Positions 38,437 through 51,069 of a DNA stretch of 64,000 nt are shown in pieces. This DNA comes from Guillardia theta CCMP2712 (Eukaryota > Protista > Cryptophyta), in contig NW_005434628.1 of the NCBI RefSeq assembly GCF_000315625.1, positions 371,846 to 435,845 of the forward strand, given 5' to 3'. The position numbers and the translations under genes were made by a program. The number at the start of each line of letters is the position of its first letter. Position 1 is the stretch's first letter. The notes below the pieces were generated by a model. It was not told the origin of the DNA. It saw only the letters and a program-made list of their open reading frames with translations, and ran no database searches.

Positions 38437-40958
38437 ATGTTGGGTAGGATGCAGGACAGGCGGAAGAGGAGGGAGAGGGGAGGCGGGGGAGAGGAGCAGG
38501 TAGAACGATGCAAGTATGGGAGAGAGTGTAGATTTTGAGATCCGCCTACCATCATATCCTTCTTCTCCGAACCTCTTCCACAAACAATTACTTGTCAAAT
38601 AACTTTGCTTCATGGCAGAATCGAACTTCACCCGCAAGGCATTGAAGCAATGCGCTCAAGACAGACTGTCTACCCATCTGTGCTCCTGCTTCTACATTTG
38701 CTGTTCTTTTCGTGCTGCCTGGCATACAGAAACGTCCAGCTTCTGTCCGGCAGTCGGTTCCCTTCCCCACCGATCAGCCCGAGGGGGAGGGAGCGAGCAA
38801 CAAAGTTCTACTGTCAGGATGTGAGAAGGCCCGCGCTATGAGGCTCATGATCTGACATCGTCTCTCAGTCCCGGGATGTCTCCAAGGGTTTCAACGTGCT
38901 CGAGCTGACGGGCGGGTACAGTAGGTGGCCGTTCTTTGCTGATCCGAAGTGTGGGCAGGTGCCGTCGTGCCGCAGGGATTCCTTGTGACAGGAAAGTTCC
39001 CGGAGCTCACAATGGAGCGGCAGATGCGACTTGTGCGTTCTCATGCCATCGTGTAGGTGTGAAGTCCGGGTGGAACTTCGCGTGGAAGACTTTGATGCGG
39101 GAGCTTGCTCCTCAGGTTAGTAGGTCGTGGGGGGAGAGGGGGGGAGGGGGAGGGGGAGGGGGAGAGGGGACAGGAGGTGTGTAACTTGAGCACGAGCAGA
39201 GCAAAGACGGGTCGTATGTCAGGCCCTCCTACAACTTCAAAGGTCTCGTCGTGTCTGTCCAGTCCTTCCTGAGGCTGCTGGTGTGCTGATCCTGTGACCG
39301 TCCAGGGGTGATAGGGAAAGGGAGTTTCCCCGATGAGGTAAGCAGCGCAAGAAATGCGCTCCTCCCTTCCTGAAGGCGCGACGGCCAGAGCGGTCGATAC
39401 CACCTGTACGCGGGGAAGGCGTGTCCTTGGTGTCATCGGGTCGAGCTCGTGCGGAGCGTCCGAGGGCTGCAGGCAGGAGGAGAGCAGCAGGAGGTTGGGG
39501 TCCCTGAAGGAAACATGGCAGGACTACCTGTCCATGACGACGGTGCTGGATCGCCCGGAGGAGGCGTCACGTGGTGGATGGGTGTTTGGCTCCCATGGTG
39601 ATGTTGAGGGGGAGAGGCCCAGCTGCTGTTTGACGGCGGTGCCAGATCCTGACCCTGTCGTGCGAGCGAGGGACTTGCGGGAAGTTTACGACGCCCTAGT
39701 TCCCGGAGGCTTCCGAGGGAGATGCACTGTGTGTTGCTGGGTGTGTGTGGATGGCAGGCTGAGTGACGGGGAGGCATGTAGGCACCGCTTCTCGTCTGCA
39801 AGAGGACGAAACAAGTTGGGCTCGTTAGCACGTTCTTGCCATGCTGACGAGGATCGAACAGGTCGTCAGCAACGAGAGCGGGGATTTGATGAGGATGCTT
39901 AACAACGTTGCGCCAAAGGCATCGGACGCCCTGTCAGAGGAGCAGAGGCTCCGGCGGAGGATCGACTTGTATCCTCCTGAGCTGCAGAGGGAGATCGATG
40001 AGTTGAATCACTGGATCTACGAGGATGTGAACAACGGAGTATACAAGTGTGGGTTCGCCACCACCCAGGTGATGGAGATTTTGATGATAGAGATTGTCAA
40101 TTCATTGTGGGATGAGCTATGAGACTTTGAATGGTAGAGATTGTCAATGATGAGCAATTTGCTCATGAACACCTTTATCGCTGGGTGGTTTTAGGGTTGA
40201 TGTTGATGAAGACAATGGCTGTTTGGTGCCACCTGCTACTGATCGATTCATTCCCTCAGGCTGGTTACAACAAGGCAGAGCACGCCCTCACGCACGCCCT
40301 TGACAGGATCGAGGAGATTCTTTCCAACAAGGTCTCGGGATTGATTGAACTCGACCTTCTCTCACACAGCTGCAGCGCTTTCTCACTGGTGACAGAGTGA
40401 CCGATGCCGACATCAGGCTCTTTCCTACTATCTTCAGGTTATGTCAATGTTGCAGACATCAGCAACGTTTCTCCCTCCCGCCTCCCTCCCTCCCTGCCTG
40501 CCTGCCTCCCTCCCTCCCTCTCTTCGAACCGTTTGGCATCCATTGTTGGGCCTCATCAGCATCCAGGTACGACGCTGTGTACAACATCCTGTTTCGATGC
40601 ACTAGGAGGAGAGTGGCGGACATGCCGAACCTCAAGGCATGGCTTCAAGACATGTACCAGGTGAATGCGCACTGCCTGCCTCGGTTTTTCCTGCCGTGTG
40701 GTGTTCTTACGTTCGATGTCACAATGGGCATGCAAAACAGTCATGGCAACTGTTCTAGTCTTTTCGCTGACAGATCAACAGGTTCCAGGGGTGAAGGAGA
40801 CTTGTGACTACAACGCTATGAGAGAGTCCTACTTTCGTCAGCTCTTCCCCCTCAACCCTTCAGGCATACTTCCTGCAGAGCCTGCTGACGTCATCAGGGA
40901 AGCAAGTGGGAGGGGTGCTCACGATGTAGCAAGTCTTTTCTACATCAGAGAGGAATGA
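38437..40958 (+). CDS. Glutathionyl-hydroquinone reductase (Xi-class GST, YqjG/ECM4 family) with N-terminal extension
   Basis: RYHLYAGKACPWCHRV, VVSNESGDL, WIYEDVNNGVYKCGFATTQ, ADIRLFPTIFRYDAVY, SYFRQLFPLNPSGILP. Start approximate. Confidence 0.88.
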
Positions 40959-41050
40959 GCAATGGAGAGAGCGAGGGAGCGAGAGAGATAATACTTCCAA
41001 AAACGGATCTTTTACTGTATGAATGACCGTGCAAGCACAACTTTGATAAT

Positions 41051-42371
41051 TTACTCTTTGCCCTTGCCCTTCTTCTTCTGCATCTTCTTCTGGTAGAAGG
41101 CAAGCTCAGCTCCCTCAAGGATGTATCCTGCATGTCCAGTCAGACTTCTTTTTCATCCAAGGCAGCTAGAGGAGGCAACTCACCATCGCAGCGGCCTGAC
41201 TGACCAGGACGAGAGGCGACGCAAGCAAAGAGACGACCGGTCTTGAACTGATCCTGAACGGCAGGATCCATAGCACCTCCGGATTTTCTGTTTGCTTCTC
41301 TCTTCTTAAGAACCTTATTGCTTACCTTAGTTTCCTGCAACAGCATCGTCAATTCTGACACGCCTTCACTCGATTCTCCTTCCTCACCTGATCTGCCTTC
41401 TTGCCGAGCTCGCCACCGTAATGCTGAACATACCACTGGCGGAAGGGAGTGGCATCAATCTGGATGATGGCATTCTTCACCAGTGTCTTCGTGCGCACCA
41501 ACTCGTTGTTGGAAGCGTTGTACACAACATCAAGGACACGGCACTTGCGGCTAATGGCCTCAGATCCCCAGGAGAAGTTTCCATGCTCAAGACGGAGGGC
41601 CCTGTGCTTCTGGTGACCTCCTCTCACACGAACGAGGCGGATGCGCTTCGGGCCGATCCTGGTGCCAGCAGCAGCTCTTCCCAACTCGAATTTCCTCTTC
41701 TTGCGGTACTGGGGCTGCTTGCCTCCTGTCGCTCTGCGCTTCTTGTAGGAGTTCCTAGTGATACCTGGGAAAAAAAATATCAGGGATGTGAAGTGAGAGC
41801 AGGGAACAGTATTGGTGTTTGTGAGGTGCCTTCTCATCATCATACGATCCACAAGCATGATTATCAGCCTCCAGCCCATCACATGGAACAGAAAAGCATT
41901 TGTGGCTCAAGATCGAGCACATTAGCACACCGCTCTGTGTATAGTGTATTTGTTCGAGGACAGTGTTGGTATGAACGAATATCAGCTATCCACAGGATGT
42001 GCTCTTATCAAGCCAACAAAATGACATGAGGCGTCATCAAATTTGCAGCACACATTGGGCACGAGGGCATGATTGACAGCACATGCATGATTCCTGTTCA
42101 TGGTTCTTGCTCTTCTTATGCGCAATCAGTGTACACTCGGAATGAATGAAGAAGACAGACACAGGACGAAACATCCTTGCAAGCACAGCATGCCATGCAA
42201 CATGCCACAGCTACGAAATGCTACCAATCACATTGAAAATTGTAAGTATTCCTGTCATTCTTTGTATGTCGTATCTCTCCTCTCATCTCAGAATCATAAT
42301 CATCGTCATCTTCTGCCATCCTCCTCCTCTTCCTCATCCACATCATCGCCTCCGCCGCTTCACTCACCCAT
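41051..42371 (-). CDS. RPS8: 40S ribosomal protein S8 (eS8)
   Basis: 4-nt first exon ATGG at 42371-42368, then [15 protein letters not shown]...[54 protein letters not shown]. Confidence 0.96.
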
Positions 42372-42744
42372 TGCGCTCACGAGCCGCCTACGCGCGTGCG
42401 GTTTTTTTTTAGAGTAATAACAGTGGTGAAGTTTTAATGGCTAAAACTAGATTTAGATAATTCTACAGAGATCTGCGGGAAGGTACTATTATATATTACT
42501 TATGAAGGTTTACATTACTGTAAAATAATAAAAAATAGATATAATTTATTCTTCAGTCTTCCTCTTTGTATTGATAACATGAATAAGTAACAAATTAGTA
42601 CAAACTCAAGAAAAATGAAAGTCGATCTCCGGTACATCCAGAAATACCCAGGCTGGTAACATAATAGATTTAGGGGGCATTTACATTGAGTTTTTACTGT
42701 CGGCGGCCCGGGCTCGAGGGTCCGGTGTGCCCCGGGTTGCTCAG

Positions 42745-42930
42745 AAACTTTCTCAGACTTCGAAACTCTCAAGGTTTTGTCACTTGAAAGTTTTGAGGAC
42801 TCAAGTCTCAAAGTCTCAAAGTCTCAAAGTCTCAAAGTCTCCCCGGAAGCCTCAGAAGTTCTAAGTTTTGAAGTTTCAGCGTCTCAAAGTCTGGAGGTAT
42901 TAAAGTCTCAAAGTCTCAAAGTCTCAAAGT
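42745..42930. repeat. (AAAGTCTC)n octamer repeat between divergent RPS8 and Der genes
   Basis: Tandem aaagtctc units at about 42802-42841 and 42903-42930, with degenerate units in between. Confidence 0.8.
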
Positions 42931-42943
42931 TCGTGCGGCCAAG

Positions 42944-45900
42944 ATGCATCCCGCCAAGTTCGCTCGGCTCATGCGGGTGGCCATCATCGGCAGGCCCAAC
43001 GTGGGGAAGGTGAGGAGGAGGAGAGAGAAGAGGAGGGAAGAGAGAGAAAGGGGAGATAAGAGACTGGATGAAGAGGACGAGGGGAAGATGGAGATAGCAA
43101 GGATAGCAGGATACGCGAGTTGCTGCAAAGAGTTAGGAATAGCACGTGGGTTCTTGGGGTACTGTGAAGGAGAAGAGTAGAGAGGCAGGGCATGCTGCAT
43201 CATGACATCAAGGTCGGATCGATCAGCAGCAGGAATTTTTATCATGACGACGTTGGTTAGTGTAGAGGAAATTTACAACAACGTGACGGGAAGTCAGGGA
43301 TACGTCGTTACAAACCTCACCATGTTGTAGCGGTTGAAGCTTTCAGACATGTAGAGATGCCAGAGATGTTTTAGAGTCTGTAGTATATCCTTCATTTGGT
43401 TACAAGGTGTGTGTGAGAGAGAACGAATGGAGGCACCTGTGCTAGTCGGAGGATCGAGAGATGTTTGACATGATTATGATTCTCTTACCTTCTCGCATTG
43501 TTCCACCTTTCCTCCAAATACTCGGCTGCTATTCTGACCCCCCCCTCCCCTTCCTTCCCCGCCTTCTCCTCTCCTCTGCTCCGCTTTCCTGCTCTTTCCG
43601 CTCCGCTCCTTCCTTTCTTTCTCTTTTCATTTGCTTATTGCAGTCCTCGCTGTTCAACCGTCTCATCGGAAGGCAACATGCGCTTGTTTACAACAAGCCG
43701 GGAGTGACGAGAGACTGTCTGTTTGAGAAGGCGGAGTATGGGGGTTTCACCTTCGAGGTAATTGAGATGACGAGATGAGTGTCGGGAATGGAGGTTGTTG
43801 TAGCACTGGACAATGTTGTGCTGTGATTGTTTTGTGGAGAAGATGATGCTGGTCGTGGTGGTGATGGTGATGATGGTGATGGTGATGGTGATGGTGATGG
43901 TGATGGTGATGATGATGATGATGATGATGATGATTACTTTTGATACAGGTGGTTGATACGGCGGGGCTGGATGATGGGGTTGACATGCAGGTGCTGACGA
44001 CAACAAACCTTGAGATATTATGATCCTGTGCATGTTACAGGAGGACGAGGCGGAGATGAGAAAAGCGGGTCCTCAGATGAAGGCGAGGTAGGAGGAGGGT
44101 GCTACTATGTGTGAGAGGGAGACCGATCGAGATGAGATGAGAGGCGAAAGGTTGGAAGAGACTGTGAGAGAGAAGATGTGGTAATGGGGGACTGGATAAC
44201 CTCAAGGGGAAGCAGAAGCTGAGTGGATATGGAGGGGAAGAGAGATGCAAGAGAGGATCTGCGATGGAAGGGAGGAAAGAAGGAGGAGTGAGAAAGAAGA
44301 GGAGGATGAGGAGGACGGAGGGGGCGAGGGGGAGGAGACAAAGAAAATAAAGCATCCTGAGCTCTGGTTTTGTTAGTGGGATTGGACGATGGCCAGCCCA
44401 CTTGCTGACGGAGGCGCTCGAGAATACATCGCTCGTGGTGAAGAGCTCGGTGAGAGTTGTGACTGAGCAAGGAGGAGAAAGAAGCAGAGTAAGAGAGGGG
44501 AAACAGACGGAGACGGAGACAGAGACAGAGAGAGAAGAAGGGACGAGCAAATAGAGAGGAGGGGAAGAGGGCGGAGGAGTAAGAGAGGACGTGTGCAGGA
44601 AGAGGATAAGGAGTGTGACATGCCATGTAGGATCTTGTTCTCTTCATGGTGGATCAGCGTGTCGGTCTCACTCCTCTTGACTGGCAATTCGCGCGATGGC
44701 TGGCGATGAAGAACAAGCCGACGCTTCTGATCTCGAACAAGGCAGATGGGAATGTCAGCCCGTTGGATGAGGTTTGTGATTTAGATTTTTTGATGATGGT
44801 GCTGTAGAACTTGGCGAATATCAGCGTGACTGGAATGGTTTTTAATCCTGTGATTGTGCTGTCGTTGTGTTGTTGGCACTGGGATTTGATTTGAAGTCTG
44901 TGAGATTGTGGTATGGCAAGAGTATCGATGTTGGCAAGAGAACGGTGCTGAATGCTGTCAGATCGAATGAAGTGTTTGCTTGCAGAAAGATGTCAAGAAA
45001 TTGGGGTTGGGGGAGCCGTTGCATATCTCAGCAACACAGAACGAGGGGATGAGCGAGGTGAGAAGAGGCAGTTTGGTCAAAGTGTCTCCCAGATATTGAC
45101 AAGGGATGATACGAAAATCTTCTACCCCTGTGAAACACTTGCGACTAGACTTGACTGCTCTTGCAGCTGATCATGCACATGGCTCCGATCATCATGGGTG
45201 TTGACCGAAAGAATCGACAAATCTCGACAGAATGGAAGAGTGAAGAAGAAAGGTACGCTGACGCTGATATGAAGAATGGTCAGACATATTGTTTCAAGAT
45301 GGGGAGATGTGCTGTATACTGTTTGCATTGGATGGCTGGAGTATCCAATCTTCGATTGAATTGATCTGTGTTGTGTTGTGCCGCCTTATCTACAACTCGC
45401 CTTTCCTAACGGTCGATAACTTCATTCTCTTGCCGTGGCTCAGACGGTTGAGACTTCTCATTCTGGGGAGGCCGAACGTTGGAAAGAGCACGCTGGTCAA
45501 CGCGCTAGTTGAAACGCAGGCTGACGAGAAAAAGGAAGATTTTGTTCCCCTCCTAGTGGGGCCCGAGCCCGGTACTACAACCGGGGCCCGGGGATGTTTG
45601 ACCTGACTAGAGCACGGCAGGAATCACTAGGGACCCTGTTTCTGTTATCTTCGAGCATCAGTATGAGTGTGAGAACGCTGGATATGGTTGCTGATCCGTG
45701 TCCTCTTACAGGGGGCAGCAAATTGAAGTGATCGACACGGCCGGTCTGCGAAAAAAGGGCAAAACCATGCAACATGGCGACGCGATCGACATCAAGACTT
45801 CATATGTGAGTAAGGAGGAGAGGAGTTGCAGATGGAGAAGGGGAGATGAAGAGAGACATTGGGAAGTGAGGGAGGAAAGAAGCGGACAAGGAAGTCAGGG

Positions 45901-47618
45901 GTCGAGCAGAAAGGAGGAGGCAATACAAAGTTGAGTGTGGAGCAAAGAAGATGTGAAGGGCAAGGCAGAGGGATAAAGAGAGGAGCAGGAGCAGGAGGAG
46001 CAGGAGCAGGAGAGGAGCAGGAGCAGGAGCAGGAGGAGCAGGAGAGCAGGAGGAGCAGGAGGAGCAGGAGAGCAGGAGGAGCAGGAGGAGCAGGAGAGCA
46101 GGAGGAGCAGGAGAGCAGGAGGAGCAGGAGAGCAGGAGGAGCAGGAGGAGGAGCAGGAGGAGCAGGAGGAGAATAGAAGAGCCTTGACTTGTTCTCCTTG
46201 CATGTCAGGCTTCTCTCAAGAGGGTCCCACGCGCCGATCTGGTACTGACCTGGCTGTGCTTGTTGGAATGAGCTGAAAACGACGGCAGGTCATCCTGCTC
46301 CTTGAAATAAACAAGCAGACGGGCCTCCTGACAGAGCAAGACATCACTCTTGCGACAGAGGTTATAAAGGAAGGTATCCCGACATGCTTGTTGTGTCCTC
46401 CTCCTCTCTCACTCTCTGACTTCCCTTGCCATTCTTCCCACAGGGAAAGCGATTCTGGTTGCGGTCAACAAGTGCGATACCCTCTCGAAAGAAGAACTTG
46501 CTAATGTCAAGAAGAGCAGGTCGGCTACAGTAACCTGGCTGCTGCCCCCAACCCCCCTCATCCCCACTCTCCCTTTCATTTCATCCCACCCACTCCCTCG
46601 CCTTCTCTGTCACCCTTCCCCCCTTTTTGCCTTAACTTCTCCCCATTCTTCTGTTCTTTTTAAACTCTTTTCGCCTCGGTGAATGACTCTGTTGATCTCA
46701 GCCCAAGGATCTTGAACATGTGCTTCAATCAACTGGGAGAAGTTCCCACAGTAAGAAGAACCTGCTCACCTGTGTACTCATTGCACTGGATCTCAAACTC
46801 CCTCGTCCCTCTTGCAACTTCTATCCCCCTTCTAGCTTGCTCTGCCCGTCCCCTTCCGTCCCCTCCCCTCCCGTTCGCATCCGTCCTGTCCTCTTCTTCT
46901 TCCTCTCCCACTTTCGTCCTTCCATCATTTCGCATTCTTCTGAACTCGTTTGCTCCTCGACTCCCGCAGGTCTTCATTTCAAGTCAAAATCGTCTAGGAC
47001 TGAAGCAGCTGATGACTGAAGCGATCAGTCTCCATGAGAAGTCGAGGACGAAGCTATCAACCGCTGGTAATATTGACATCCCACTTTCGCTCTCGTTGCC
47101 TCACTCCCTTCTTCTACGCTCTTCTCGTTGTCGTCGTCCAGATCTGCAGCGATGGGTCCATGACATCAAGAGGATAGGGAAGATGAGCCCTCCCACCTTT
47201 CCGAACCTCAAGTTTGCCAGGTGAGGCGATCCAGACAGAGAGATCCAGTGACTTGCAGGAGGAGGAGGAGGAGGAGGAGGAGGAGGAGGAGGAGAAAGTA
47301 AGAGGCTGCTGATCGTGGTTACCAACAGACAAGTCGACACCAAACCTCCTACCATTGTCTTGACATGCTCGAGGTCCGTCAGGAGTACGACAGCGTACAT
47401 GGCGTACTTGACGTGAGTTGCTTGCCGAGTCTTGAAAGATGAATTTGATTGAAACTGACTGTACCTGCTCACCAGGAACGATTTTCGTAGGACATTTGGT
47501 CTGGACGGGGTTCCGGTGACAGTCATCTTTGTTTGATCGATACTGCGTTTGCTCACACTGCCTGTGGCAGCTCCGAATCTTACTCAGAGAAGAGCTTTCG
47601 CAAGCAAAGAAACAATAG
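42944..47618 (+). CDS. der: Der/EngA double-GTPase (organellar ribosome assembly)
   Basis: Two GTPase domains: GRPNVGKSSLFN/PGVTRD/DTAG/NKAD and GRPNVGKSTLVN/ITRD/DTAG/NKCD; KH-like C-terminus (QVDTKPPTIVL, FRRTFGLDGVP). Confidence 0.88.
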
Positions 47619-47754
47619 CAGCGCTTTTATGAGTGCTCCCGACTCTACCGTCCGTCGCTCTGAGTAAACTTTTCACTGAGTTTTGATTCCGACGAGTGGG
47701 GCCTAATAGTAGCCCAGCTGCGGCGGCTCTACTAGGCTAATTGAGAGTCTACCC

Positions 47755-48060
47755 AGTGCCGGTCACCGGGTGGCGTGACGATGGCTCACTGACTCAGTGA
47801 GTCAGTACATGGAAGCGCCTGAATGACCCGGTGGGCCACTGGCCGGGGCCACAGGCGGCTCCCGCGATGGCCGTCGGGGCCAGGCCCGCGCCCCCGGGCC
47901 CCGGCCCGGGAGAAGTTTACCGTGGCAGCCCTTCGTTGTGACGGCCCCGGCCCGGTTGTTGTGACCGTCCGGATACGGTCGGACCCAGGGCCCGCCGCCC
48001 CGGCCCGCCCGCTGCGGGCCAGCACGTACGGTGTAAGGCCTACCGTACCGTATGATCCTC
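47755..48060. promoter_or_regulatory. GC-rich CCGG/TGAGTCA-word intergenic island
   Basis: Contains actgactcagtgagtcagt and a dense ccgg/gtacgg vocabulary. Confidence 0.35.
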
Positions 48061-49395
48061 CAGGCTTGGTATGATCTTGTGACAGAACCATCTTCAATTC
48101 ATATCGACTTTTAGTGGAGTATAGGTGCAAAATTGGTCTTAGTTCGCATTGTTTCGGCGGGCGGATACCTCATGACGCAACGATTCAGTGGGGCAACTTC
48201 TTTCTTCCTGGCCAATCGATGCAAGTTGAGTAGTCGCTGCTGACCCCTGCCGGCCTCTTCAAGCCACATCCCGAGAGGCGGCGACTGCGGGCCACAACCG
48301 GAAGATGCCGACGAACAAACAGAATCTAATGCAGGAGACCAAGAGCGATACCGATAGGATCCATGGCCCCAGCTTCCTCCAGCCCTCCAAACTCCTGCGC
48401 AGCCAGCAGGTCCCCCCCTCCCGATCCTCCATCTGCCAGGATGGAAGCTTTGTCACTAGCAGCGCCCAATCCATCCTAAAGAAGACGATCTGGACAGGGT
48501 CCCCCAGACTCAAGTCGATCGATCGGAATGGGAACTTTCACTGCAGCATCAAATAGCACCAGTGCAATCATGGGACTCCTTCCAGGGTATGGGGGGCTGA
48601 CCATGTTATTGTAAATTAGTTTCCACGTTGTTCACTATTCACACCAGAACGTATTATTCGCCAAAGAATAAAAACAACTTGAGCCTTCTTGAGATGACTT
48701 ATACTTTCTTTTGTTTTTCTCGCATCAACCTAATTGTCAGGCAGACAAGAAGGAGATTGGACGATCAGTGTGGGAAACAGCATCAGGAAAGAATAGAGGG
48801 GGAGGGGGAGGAATACAAGGGAGGAAAGGGAGGAATAGGAATAGGAATAGGAATAGGAAGGGGAATAGGAAGAGGAAGAGGAAGAGGAAGATGAATAATA
48901 GAAACGGAGTGCCAGAAGAGAGGGAGATGGTGAACATGCTGATAAAAACATTAATTGTGAGGGATATTGGATGGAAAGACTATTCTGAGAGCGGTGGTCA
49001 AGAATGGAGAAAAACATTAATTTGCCGTCACGACTCTGAAAGAGGAATGAAGCAGGAGAGTCGGGAGACAGAAACGTCAAAGGAGGGAAAGGGCAAAGCA
49101 GAGGGTTTGGAAGAGGGGGAGAGAGGTTCAGGAGAGGGGAAATGGTAGGTTTAATAGTTGCAGCTGAGATCTAATCTTGAAGCCTATTAAGGCTGCTGAC
49201 TCTGATTCTAAGGACGCTTGCCGGTGATTAGAGCCCTCGCTAATCAGAGAAGGAAAAACATTTCGTATCTCTGCTGTTGCCAACCATTCTCACAACCATT
49301 CGGAGGGGAGAGAAGGGACTTGCTGTAGTTCACGGTGTGTAGGAGGAGGGGCCGGGTCCGTTGGAGGCGGGTCAAGAGACGTCAGCACGCCATGG

Positions 49396-50484
49396 TTAGA
49401 ACCCTCCCCCGTCCAACCACTCCTGCAAGCTGATCACAGTATCGTTGTTCATGTCGTACAGCCTCAGAAGCTTGAGCGACGCCGCACGGAGCTCCTGATC
49501 CGAAGGCCTGACGTAGTCCTCAATCCCCCCAACGACCTCGGGCTCATCGTGGCTCTTCTTGAAGAGGAGGAACAGCTCTTCCTCGCTCATGGACTTGTCC
49601 TTGTCAGCGTCCGCATCCTCGAACCTCTTCTTCAACCTTGCAATCTCCTGCGGGCTCACGTCGCTATCCAGGATGCCCGAGGGGTCGAAGATCTCTGCCC
49701 CGTCCTTGAACTCGGGGATCTGCGGCCGGCTGTGAAACATCATCGCCCTCCACTCGTTCCAGGTCACGAAGCCGTCCTCGTCGGTGTCGTACTCCTTGTA
49801 TGCCTCTTCGGCCTTCTCCTGGGGAACAGTTGCCGTCCAGTCCTTCCCGTACATGTATGCCTTCTTGTCGGGAAGAATCTGCTTCCGCTCCGAGATGTTC
49901 CACGTCTCCCATCCCCCCCAGCTGTTCTCGGCGTTCCAGACCTCGAAGTTGGCGTCTCTCAGCTCTCGGATGAACTCTTGCCTGCTCAGCTTGCCGTCGC
50001 CATCGAAGTCTCTCGCCAAGAAGTACGCCCTGCACACCCACAGCGAGCCGTCAGAGGAAGAGGGCAGCGAAAGGACGCATGCGCATGGAAGGAGACGAAG
50101 GAAACAATGAAGCATCGGGTAGAAGGCAAACAGGTTCGATGTGCTTCACCTTTCCACGTCAAGGAGCGACTGCACGGTACCGTCCTCAGACTGCCCCTCT
50201 TTCTCATCATCAAATGAGTCTGAACCTCGACTGCTCGCATCTCGTCCATTCTCATAATCCTCGTCCAACCCACTCAGAGCAGCGTCAAGGATCTTAGATC
50301 CGTCCTCGTCCTCGGACTCCTGTCCTGACCGAACAGAGGGCGGGGCCTGGTGCCTGTTTGTGCCTGGTGCCCTGGCCTCACTAGGCTGTGGCGGGATGTC
50401 AGAGGACGAGGACAGCAGCAGGAAGCATGGCTGCATCAGGAGAATGGCGCATGCTACTGTTGCTGCCCTCCACCTCCCTGCCAT
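49396..50484 (-). CDS. Secreted or lumenal multi-EF-hand calcium-binding protein
   Basis: Signal-like MAGRWRAATVACAILLMQPCFLLLSSS; EF loops DFDGDGKLSRQE, DTDEDGFVTWNE, DADKDKSMSEEE, DMNNDTVISLQE. Confidence 0.8.
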
Positions 50485-50707
50485 AGCCACGTAGCTCCTC
50501 CACCACGATTTGTAACAGATATGATACGTGGTGGCGAGGGGTACTGCGTAACATACCTGTAACGGACTTTGCTCAATCACTGAGAGTCATTGCCGGCCAT
50601 ACGGCCCGGGGCCGCGGCCGCGGCAGTGCCGAAGTGGATGAGGCGGTTACTGCTGAATGACCTTTTTTTAGGCGTTTGAAAGGGCACAAGAAGTCAGAAT
50701 GGGAAGT

Positions 50708-50995
50708 ATGAAGGATGAAGCATGAAGCATGAAGTATGAAGGATGAAGCATGAAGCATGAAGCATGAACTAATGAACGAAGACTTTCATGAAGTGGGAGA
50801 GAAAACATAATATGGCGGGGGCAAAGAGAATGTGCCACAGAACAAGTGTAGAGTCCAAATTGAGGGGCTGGCGATCAAATGCGATTTGTGCTAGGCTTTC
50901 AAAGGTACGATCATAACAGTCACTGTTAGTCAGTCAGTCAGTCAGTCAGTCAGTCAGTCAGTCAGTCAGTCGGTCCCAGTCAGTCGGTCAGCCAG
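50708..50995. repeat. (ATGAAGN)n heptamer and (AGTC)n tetramer repeats upstream of the channel gene
   Basis: atgaagc/g/t run at about 50708-50769; agtc run at about 50928-50995. Confidence 0.85.
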
Positions 50996-51069
50996 TCCAT
51001 CTGTCCGTCACCAACGAGTCTTCCATTATGCCTTGTTGATCTACGATGTTGCTGAGCTGCTGATCTCAG

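Noticed and set aside
48259-48556. Short ORFs downstream of a GC island
   Set aside because: Could be an exon of an unknown gene, but I could support no motif or consistent splice model.
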